Of a stretch of 64,000 bases of DNA, positions 57,611 through 64,000 are shown one piece after another. The translations under genes were made by a program, and so were the position numbers. Positions within the stretch are counted from its first letter, which is position 1, and each line of letters begins with the position of its first letter. The DNA is from a virus. The stretch lies in the IMG/VR virus record IMGVR_UViG_3300021960_000019. The stretch is one strand, 5' to 3'. The notes beneath the pieces are model-generated. The model had not been told where the DNA came from, searched no databases, and was given only the letters and a program-made list of their open reading frames with translations.

Positions 57611-57901
57611 TTACTCCGTTACCTCTGTCCATACGTTATCTTCGTCTTTTAATGCAACAGTTCCTAAGAATAAGATTTCATTCCCAGAACCATATGCAAT
57701 CGATGATTGATCTTCAACTAAGTATGACAATTGTTTTTGATCTTCTGTTGCACTATCAGTTGTAAACACTGAAATCGAATCTGGTGTTGCAAGTGGTGTT
57801 TCGACAACAAGTTGTCCATCATCGTCTATTGTATTATTTAGTGACTGAATCGCATACTTTCCCATATATTCTTCGATAGTCGCTGTATCTGTTATTGGCA
57901 T
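57611..57901 (-). CDS. Cassette B gene 2 (paralog of 32509-32778)
   Basis: MPITD...VWTE. Confidence 0.65.
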   Translation of the reverse strand: MPITDTATIEEYMGKYAIQSLNNTIDDDGQLVVETPLATPDSISVFTTDSATEDQKQLSYLVEDQSSIAYGSGNEILFLGTVALKDEDNVWTEVTE

Positions 57902-57913
57902 TTTTAACTCCTA

Positions 57914-60235
57914 TTATGTTGTATAAAATATTTGAACATTTAAATTTTCGCCCGGCGTTGAACCCACATTTGTGATGTCAATTGTAAGATAATCACCCTC
58001 ATTCATTGAAAATCCAGATGTTTCTGTTTGTTCTAAACTTCCTGCGCTTATATTTATAATTTTTGAACTTACGTCATTCTTCTTGATATCGACTCTTAAC
58101 ACATCATTTCCAGCAGTAGTTATTCTAGCTTTAATCTTAGATATTGTTAAATCATCTGGGGCATACCATCTTGTCACACCTGTAGTTAGTGCGAGTGTAC
58201 CATTTTGTGCCATATTAACAGTTTGTGTTATTGACGCATTACTAACCTGAGAATTTACATAACTTTCTGTTGCAAGTCCTGATATAGATGGAATTGATGG
58301 TTGATTTGACAAATCATTATAGTTTCCAGAGAATGTATTTGATGAAACCTGAGAATTTACATAACTTTCCGTTGCAAGGCCCGTAAGGTCTGATTGGGAA
58401 ATTGTTTCTACCCATGAATCTGTTGCATTTTTATAAATGTATAGTTTCTGAGTATCTTCTACAAATGCAATATCTCCTATAGTGTTGCCAACGGCTGGTA
58501 GATATGTTGCATCACTATAAATCTCAACACTTGCAACTAGAGATGTACCATCTGGTGCAACCAATGTTGCAGTACCAGCAACCTCTTTAATTTTGTTTTT
58601 GAATGCTGGTGTGTTCTCTACGTAAGTCGCTAAATCTTGTGGTACAAACTTTGATGTATTTGCATCATAAACAAGACACATTTGAGATGTGAGTGTAGGA
58701 ATAGGACGCAATTCAATCTTTTGTTCATGTCCTTCTTGTGAGTGTTGTCCATAAATGATGTAATTACCGTTTTCATTAGTTTCTACCGCAAGATCACGTA
58801 CCCTGATAGTACCACGCATTGCACTATGAATACCACATTGATAAAACAATGTATCTGGTGCATTTGATGGTACAGTAAATGTAATAGTACCACTTTCTGT
58901 GCGAGAACCAGTTACACCTGAAGTCCATTCTCCAAAATATGTGCCAGATGAATAATTAGTTCCATTGTCAGTTGTAAAGTAAAATGGATGGCCGGTTGCA
59001 TTGATATTTACTGTATAAGTGCCGCCACGAAAGAATGGTCCGATTTCAGGATTTTGACCCATTTGAGTTCCAGTGAAAACGTAGGCTCCTGTTGTATGTC
59101 CGACTGTATATGTAACTGATGGTGCAGTTAAAGTTGGTGGAGTGATAGTAGATGGTACGTTTACTGTCAATCTTTGTACATCTTGTGTTGTGCCACTATT
59201 GATATCTGGATGTGAATCACTTACTATCTGACTTGTTGACCAACTTACAAGATTATCATCACCAGCACCTTCAATCCACTTCAGTTTGAATGCGTGTGTT
59301 TGTGTCATATTATCATGAAGTGTATGTGCAAAGTTGTTAATTTGATAAGAACCTTGCATATACAATGGCACAACATTTTGTGGCGAATTTGTGATTGGAG
59401 TACGTGCATACGGTAGTGATGATTGCAACCATGTCCATAACCACGGTGATTCGTGACCAGCTTCTGGTGCATCGACTTGTATTTCCAATGTTTCTGGTGC
59501 AACATCAGTATCAACATTGGTTAAATCATTAATCTGTGTAGGTACAGGGTCAGTACCAACTTTAGATCCAGCTGGTAAAGAAACTAAACCATTTGTATCT
59601 GATGTAATTTGTGCATTACCAAGATGAATAGTGTTTCCACTTAAATATGCATCTCTAAATCTTAGTGAGGATGTACCCAAATCATAAGTTTCATTTGTGT
59701 CTGGAATAATACTTTGTGATACCGAAGCGGGATTGAAACTTGATACGTTAGAATCTACATAAGATTTAGTTGCGGCATCATTTGCATCTAGAGGTGCAAG
59801 TAATCCTGTTACCTTCCCTGCATATACTGTATTAAACTTATATAGTGCTTCTCCAAGATTTCTTGTTACATCTGCATCTGGTTTAATATTCGTAGTTAGT
59901 GATTGTAATTCTGTATTTAAATTTGCGGTTGATAAAAATTTATTATTAACGCCATCAATAATATCATCCGCACTAGAAATAGTACTACCAGCAACGTCAT
60001 TTTTTACTTGTTTTACTGCCTGTGCTAGATCTTTAATTTCTTCAACTGTGGCACCAGATGTGAGAGCGTTTGCCCTCGTATTAATCGCAGACTCCACAGA
60101 TGTATCTTCTGTAAGTCCTAGTGCCTTCGCAGAACGTGCAAGATGAACCAATTCTTTTACACTTGCCGAAGCAATGTCATTGATAATCTTAGTACGTAAT
60201 GCGGTTATTGAAGAAGTGAGTAGTGAATCGGCCAT
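57914..60235 (-). CDS. Cassette B gene 1: MAD anchor + cupredoxin-like domain + RWYAP domain
   Basis: FRGGTYT..GHPFY...FYQCGIHSAM; GVTRWYAP; internal GLATESYVNSQVS x2. Confidence 0.7.
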   Translation of the reverse strand: MADSLLTSSITALRTKIINDIASASVKELVHLARSAKALGLTEDTSVESAINTRANALTSGATVEEIKDLAQAVKQVKNDVAGSTISSADDIIDGVNNKFLSTANLNTELQSLTTNIKPDADVTRNLGEALYKFNTVYAGKVTGLLAPLDANDAATKSYVDSNVSSFNPASVSQSIIPDTNETYDLGTSSLRFRDAYLSGNTIHLGNAQITSDTNGLVSLPAGSKVGTDPVPTQINDLTNVDTDVAPETLEIQVDAPEAGHESPWLWTWLQSSLPYARTPITNSPQNVVPLYMQGSYQINNFAHTLHDNMTQTHAFKLKWIEGAGDDNLVSWSTSQIVSDSHPDINSGTTQDVQRLTVNVPSTITPPTLTAPSVTYTVGHTTGAYVFTGTQMGQNPEIGPFFRGGTYTVNINATGHPFYFTTDNGTNYSSGTYFGEWTSGVTGSRTESGTITFTVPSNAPDTLFYQCGIHSAMRGTIRVRDLAVETNENGNYIIYGQHSQEGHEQKIELRPIPTLTSQMCLVYDANTSKFVPQDLATYVENTPAFKNKIKEVAGTATLVAPDGTSLVASVEIYSDATYLPAVGNTIGDIAFVEDTQKLYIYKNATDSWVETISQSDLTGLATESYVNSQVSSNTFSGNYNDLSNQPSIPSISGLATESYVNSQVSNASITQTVNMAQNGTLALTTGVTRWYAPDDLTISKIKARITTAGNDVLRVDIKKNDVSSKIINISAGSLEQTETSGFSMNEGDYLTIDITNVGSTPGENLNVQIFYTT

Positions 60236-60266
60236 TTTTTATCTATCTCCAAACCATTTTCTCTTT

Positions 60267-60274
60267 TATTTATA
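60267..60274 (-). promoter_or_regulatory. T4-type late promoter TATAAATA heading the minus-strand island
   Basis: TATTTATA on +; SD GGAG (CTCC on +) before the ATG at 60235. Confidence 0.7.
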
Positions 60275-60285
60275 TTTATTTTCTA

Positions 60286-60314
60286 TTGACATTTCACCAA
60301 AAACAATATATATT
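60286..60314 (+). promoter_or_regulatory. sigma70-type promoter, divergent from the late promoter
   Basis: TTGACA-17 bp-TATATT. Confidence 0.6.
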
Positions 60315-60333
60315 AGTAGCAATGGAGGTTTAT

Positions 60334-60558
60334 ATGCAACATTCAGTAGAACAACTGATAAAAAAATTGAATACAATGAAAGATATCGCAGTTTTACTAC
60401 ACCGCGAAAGGAACAAATATAGCAATCTCGCAGAAGATAGTTATGATAAAGGTGCATGTCAACATATGCTAGATCAAGTACAATCAATGGCCCTTGAAAT
60501 TGCATATGATAGAGAAGGTGATGAGATTATAACAGATATGGAATATTATAATGAATGA
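60334..60558 (+). CDS. Hypothetical early protein
   Basis: SD GGAGG; ATG 60334. Confidence 0.6.
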   Translation: MQHSVEQLIKKLNTMKDIAVLLHRERNKYSNLAEDSYDKGACQHMLDQVQSMALEIAYDREGDEIITDMEYYNE

Positions 60559-60739
60559 TACGCAAAAAAGAATTGAATGGTTGACCAAGAGACACCGCGA
60601 AATAGATGATACAATCTTAAATATAGATGATAATCTAAATCGCGGCGAGAGGCATCAATCATTGGTAAAGGGATTGAAACAACAAAAACTGAAAATTAAA
60701 GATGAGATATCTCTACTTGAGAGAACTTTACAGTCTTAG
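60551..60739 (+). CDS. YdcH/DUF465-like small coiled-coil protein
   Basis: L..RH.E.D..I......LK.QKL.IKDEI..L. Confidence 0.7.
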   Translation: MNDTQKRIEWLTKRHREIDDTILNIDDNLNRGERHQSLVKGLKQQKLKIKDEISLLERTLQS

Positions 60740-61087
60740 TCCAGATTTTGTTTCGAAACCATCTAGTAATTGAAATTCTCTACCATTAACGATCATGCAT
60801 GTAACACCCACCTCTGGGAAGGTAACTGATACAGTAAAAGATTTTTTGTCTTTGTTTGTCCACATTACCAGATCTCCAGATACTGGGAGGCCATCATTTC
60901 GAATTAAAGTACCAACACCAAGCGCAAAAGGTTCTTCTTGATACTTATTTTGTAACATATCCCACACTGCAGAACTTTGTCCACACTGAATAAGGGTTGG
61001 TAAATTAAAATCTGGTTTATTTTTTTGTTGTGCAAAACTTAAAGTTGGAAACAATATAATCGTAACAAGTATAAGAATTTTATACAT
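60728..61087 (-). CDS. Secreted/periplasmic hypothetical protein
   Basis: Signal peptide MYKILILVTIILFPTLSFA; C...L..KY.E.P...G....N....S.T......TC. Confidence 0.6.
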   Translation of the reverse strand: MYKILILVTIILFPTLSFAQQKNKPDFNLPTLIQCGQSSAVWDMLQNKYQEEPFALGVGTLIRNDGLPVSGDLVMWTNKDKKSFTVSVTFPEVGVTCMIVNGREFQLLDGFETKSGLRL

Positions 61088-61146
61088 GGTATTTCCTTTC
61101 AAAAACAATTAGATCGAACAACTATTTATAAAACTTAAATTAATGC

Positions 61147-61175
61147 TTGACAATCTCTACGAAACCCCATATAAT
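61147..61175 (+). promoter_or_regulatory. Early sigma70 promoter
   Basis: GCTTGACA-17 bp-TATAAT. Confidence 0.75.
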
Positions 61176-61205
61176 AGTGGTGTAATAAGAAAGGAATCAG
61201 TACAA

Positions 61206-61427
61206 ATGAACATGAATGATGTGTTATTTTGTGAAGACGAAAATAATCGGATTAATGCAGAATCCGCACAGGGCTCCCAATCTATTATGGTGCAGTCTGA
61301 CATGAAATCATATGCTTTAAAAACAGGATTGTGGCCAAGTTCGGATTATAATTTTATCATTAATGCCCACGCAGAAGATCGTGGTTGGTCGCAAGAAGGT
61401 TTTACTGGAATGGAGATAATTCAATAA
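61206..61427 (+). CDS. Hypothetical early protein
   Basis: SD AAGGA; downstream of promoter. Confidence 0.55.
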   Translation: MNMNDVLFCEDENNRINAESAQGSQSIMVQSDMKSYALKTGLWPSSDYNFIINAHAEDRGWSQEGFTGMEIIQ

Positions 61428-61428
61428 A

Positions 61429-61713
61429 ATGGGATACTACACATATACCAAATCCCCGATAGGTTGCTTCACTGAAAAAGAAGTTGGTAATTATTTTGAG
61501 TATTCTCTGAATGATGATCCAATTAACAATATCAATGAAGATTTCCCACATAAGGTTTGGGTAGGTGGTGGACAGATAAATGATTCTGGATATCGATATG
61601 CGAATGTGAAGAAGACAGTGGCTTACATATGCGTTGATGAGGATGAGTTTGGTTTACCTGTCATAGAGAAATGGTATCTCAAAAAGAATGTTGAATATGC
61701 AATAGATCGGTGA
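61429..61713 (+). CDS. Hypothetical early protein
   Basis: R.A.VKKTVAYI.VDEDEFG.P..EKW motif; SD GGAG. Confidence 0.6.
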   Translation: MGYYTYTKSPIGCFTEKEVGNYFEYSLNDDPINNINEDFPHKVWVGGGQINDSGYRYANVKKTVAYICVDEDEFGLPVIEKWYLKKNVEYAIDR

Positions 61714-61779
61714 AGTGTTACGGTAGCACGTCAGTCTCCAAAACTGAAAGCTGGGGTTCGACTCCCTGCACCGATGCCA
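61706..61779 (+). tRNA. trnW: tRNA-Trp(CCA)
   Basis: Acceptor stem ATCGGTG/CACCGAT, anticodon arm TCAGT-CTCCAAA-ACTGA, GTTCGA T-loop, encoded CCA end. Confidence 0.93.
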
Positions 61780-61788
61780 AATGAATGC

Positions 61789-61817
61789 TTGACATTAAAC
61801 GAATCATATGTTATAGT
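61789..61817 (+). promoter_or_regulatory. Early sigma70 promoter (CGAATC in spacer)
   Basis: GCTTGACA-17 bp-TATAGT; AGAGAGAGAAAT leader like that at 48723. Confidence 0.7.
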
Positions 61818-61846
61818 AAAGTATAAATTGAGAAAGAGAGAGAAAT

Positions 61847-62179
61847 ATGCAAGTTGCAGTGATACATACCGCCTTTGAACAAGCTCCAAATACAGTTGCA
61901 TTAGTTGAAGTTGATGATGCCATGTCAGTTGAAGAACAACTGGAGTATGCATATCGTTGGACAAATAACGTGATGGGTTCTTGGAGTATCCAATCAGAGT
62001 TTTTGTCTAGTGGTAAAAACGGTGACTATAATGAGAACGTAACTGTTATGGCACCCCTACCAGTTGATGACCGTGGACAGTCATGGGGCCTGCGTTCTAC
62101 ATCCATGGGAGATCAAATGTTAATTGGTAACACCAAGTATGAAGTTGCAATGTGTGGGTTTGAAAAAATTAGTGCTTGA
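61847..62179 (+). CDS. Hypothetical early protein
   Basis: LEYAYRWTNN..GSWS...RSTSMGD...Y.VA..GF. Confidence 0.65.
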   Translation: MQVAVIHTAFEQAPNTVALVEVDDAMSVEEQLEYAYRWTNNVMGSWSIQSEFLSSGKNGDYNENVTVMAPLPVDDRGQSWGLRSTSMGDQMLIGNTKYEVAMCGFEKISA

Positions 62180-62204
62180 CATTGTTCTCTTAATATGTGA
62201 TAAT
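62176..62204 (+). promoter_or_regulatory. Early sigma70 promoter
   Basis: GCTTGACA-17 bp-GATAAT. Confidence 0.55.
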
Positions 62205-62232
62205 GTATAGGTAATCAAGAGAGGTGATTCGA

Positions 62233-62574
62233 ATGACACAGACTGATGCAGAATTCATGAAAGAAATGGACTATTTCGACACATATGGTGCCGGTTGTGG
62301 ATTTGAAACACGGTGGTCTATTTATGATGAGAACATCAAAATGGGTAACAAACATCCCTTCAAAACTCCTATGACTATTCAGAACAAATGTGAAGTGTGG
62401 GGTTATGATGCCTCTGCAGTTTGTACTGGTGAGACTTGGGGGGATATCTGGCAAGCTTGTGATGCTGTCATACGAAATTCGGTTGATAGTGATGGAAACA
62501 AAGATCATCATATCTTTATTGAAGATTTGGAAACGCAAGGTAACGGCGTTTGGAATTTGGTAACAGGATCTTAA
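62233..62574 (+). CDS. Hypothetical early protein
   Basis: TW.D.W.ACD..IR.S...HHIFIE...L.TGS. Confidence 0.6.
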   Translation: MTQTDAEFMKEMDYFDTYGAGCGFETRWSIYDENIKMGNKHPFKTPMTIQNKCEVWGYDASAVCTGETWGDIWQACDAVIRNSVDSDGNKDHHIFIEDLETQGNGVWNLVTGS

Positions 62575-62594
62575 TTTACTTGGAGGACTTTAAT

Positions 62595-63143
62595 ATGGAA
62601 CAGGCTCTTATCGACTACATCAATTCCGCAAATGCAAAATCTCAAGCATGGATGGATGCAGAAGAAGGTCGTTGGGTGGGTATGATTCCAACTGATGAGC
62701 AGTATTGGATTGATCGGGGGTGTACTACTCTTGAACAATACATGCGTGAAACTCTAGAGGAGGACGCATATTATACTATTGCCGAGGCAACATCTAAATC
62801 ATACGCTCGGAGTTTTGACTTCACTACCATGTCTGACGAACAGTTAAATGTCATGTGTAATGAATATGGTGCAATGATTGAGCAACAAATACAGGAACAA
62901 GAGGCCGAAGATTTGTTGATAGTCACTAACTTTGAAAAATCAATTGCAGAAATGATTTCGTGGGGTGCAAAGACTCGTGAAACTGCAATTCGCTGGTTAC
63001 TAGAGGCACAACAGTTTGATGAATACGACCTTGCATACGGCGGTTCCTTTGCGTGTCACACTATGAATTTGCCAACTAATAAGTATCACCAAGAGTTTGA
63101 TATGGTGATGCAAACGATGCAACCTTATTCAGAGGTTGCATAA
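62595..63143 (+). CDS. Hypothetical early protein
   Basis: SD GGAGG; GA..RETAIRW motif. Confidence 0.65.
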   Translation: MEQALIDYINSANAKSQAWMDAEEGRWVGMIPTDEQYWIDRGCTTLEQYMRETLEEDAYYTIAEATSKSYARSFDFTTMSDEQLNVMCNEYGAMIEQQIQEQEAEDLLIVTNFEKSIAEMISWGAKTRETAIRWLLEAQQFDEYDLAYGGSFACHTMNLPTNKYHQEFDMVMQTMQPYSEVA

Positions 63144-63151
63144 ATATTCCA

Positions 63152-63403
63152 ATGAGCATACCACATAATTCAAAATCAGAACCATACATCTTACATGAAG
63201 ATCTGACAATGGATCGTGAGAGACATGGTGGCCCGTATGATAGAGGTAGTGCAGATGCATATTATGATAGACCATTTGAACCACACTACTACGTTGGCAA
63301 TACATATCAATCGCCTCGTATCGGGGAAGATCAAATGACAGAAAAACAAATCAGTGAATATTCTGCCGGATATGGCGAGGAAGAGGATAGAAAAGAATGG
63401 TAA
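63152..63403 (+). CDS. Hypothetical protein
   Basis: RHGGPYDRGSADAYY.R...PHYY...Y.AGY. Confidence 0.6.
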   Translation: MSIPHNSKSEPYILHEDLTMDRERHGGPYDRGSADAYYDRPFEPHYYVGNTYQSPRIGEDQMTEKQISEYSAGYGEEEDRKEW

Positions 63404-63594
63404 TGGAAGATGGCCCAATGAAAGGTGCAGTTGACGCAGAAACTGAAAATGTTTTGCGTCAAGAATTTGTAACGTATTCAGTACGTGATGGTGAAACCGT
63501 TGTAAAAACTGTTGTTACAAGAACTTTTAGTGAAGGTGATTATATTGATACCACCACAGTTATACCAATGGGAAAAGTCTGGCATAAGGATTGA
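63403..63594 (+). CDS. Hypothetical protein
   Basis: TAATG coupling to the previous ORF. Confidence 0.55.
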   Translation: MEDGPMKGAVDAETENVLRQEFVTYSVRDGETVVKTVVTRTFSEGDYIDTTTVIPMGKVWHKD

Positions 63595-63597
63595 TAC

Positions 63598-64000
63598 ATG
63601 GCGGTTTTAGAAAAACCAAAACGTAAAAGACGCACAAAGGCGGAAATGGAAGCTGCAAGGATTGCAGAGAAACAACCTACAAAAACTAAAAGGAAACGTA
63701 GGACAAAGGCCGAGATGGAGGCATCCAAGTCAAAGGATGCAACTCCACCACCAGAAAAATTACAACCATGGGAAATAGGATATCCAAGAGAAAAGATAAC
63801 TGCAAAACCCAAAAAAACAAGAAAGGTAAAGACATATCCAAAACAACCCCCAAGTCCTAAGTTTGATATCTCTCTTATAGAAGATGAAATCACAATGCCT
63901 GGTGGTGCGAAATATGGAATTACAATAGAAACTAAACATGGTAAACATGTCATATCACACTGCGATATAAACAAAGATTGGGGTATATTATATAATGCAC
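63598..64000 (+). CDS. Basic protein with duplicated KRKRRTKAEMEA motif (3' truncated by window edge)
   Basis: SD AAGGA; MAVLEKPKRKRRTKAEMEAARIAEKQPTKTKRKRRTKAEMEAS...; open to the window end. Confidence 0.6.
   Translation, partial: MAVLEKPKRKRRTKAEMEAARIAEKQPTKTKRKRRTKAEMEASKSKDATPPPEKLQPWEIGYPREKITAKPKKTRKVKTYPKQPPSPKFDISLIEDEITMPGGAKYGITIETKHGKHVISHCDINKDWGILYNA

Noticed and set aside
21083-60235. Diversity-generating retroelement or invertase-driven shufflon acting on the fibre genes
   Set aside because: No reverse transcriptase or Ser/Tyr recombinase in the window. The repeats lie in constant coding modules rather than C-terminal variable regions, and the few mismatches are not adenine-specific.
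61706-61779. Stop-codon recoding or suppressor tRNA
   Set aside because: The anticodon is the standard CCA, and core genes are intact under code 11 with TAA/TGA/TAG stops.
63540-63974. 144-aa minus-strand ORF
   Set aside because: Antisense shadow of the plus-strand ORF starting at 63598, which has an SD and matches the local gene direction.
1-64000. CRISPR array
   Set aside because: No regularly spaced direct repeats with unique spacers seen; the repeats found are coding modules or promoter leaders.

Overview
AT-rich segment of a T4-like (T4-superfamily) myovirus genome, probably marine. The host is Gram-negative (spanin-like pair) and plausibly an alphaproteobacterium, inferred from (C)TTGAC sigma70 promoters, a ROSE-like element and a B12-dependent RNR. 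Layout: (1) 1-11 kb, the T4 replication core (gp45, gp44, an inserted HNH-like gene, gp62, regA, dUTPase, hsp20, gp43, uvsX, gp41). (2) 11-21 kb, a late cluster of Lys/Glu-rich proteins, several starting with T4 capsid-targeting-like peptides (MKSFxxFxxE). It includes a ligase-like KxDG protein, a HAD phosphatase and a cytidylyltransferase/HNH multi-module polyprotein. (3) 21-35.6 kb, an array of modular tail-fibre/appendage genes built from two interchangeable N-terminal anchors and shared DNA modules. (4) 35.6-49.7 kb, spanins, primase, class II RNR, RuvC-like, DenV-like, RNase H, DHFR/ThyA, DsbA, a small DNA MTase, a half-size Na/Pi transporter and early genes. (5) 49.7-60.2 kb, a minus-strand late island holding two more copies of a four-gene structural cassette that also occurs at 30.8-34.1 kb. 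(6) 60.3-64 kb, small early genes and tRNA-Trp. Best leads: the putative virion-injected nucleic-acid repair/polyprotein kit, the triplicated cupredoxin-bearing cassette, a ROSE-type RNA thermometer on hsp20, a late-promoter/SD-sequestering hairpin, and near-exclusive CGG Arg coding in two early genes. All family assignments come from motif recognition by eye, not from database searches.
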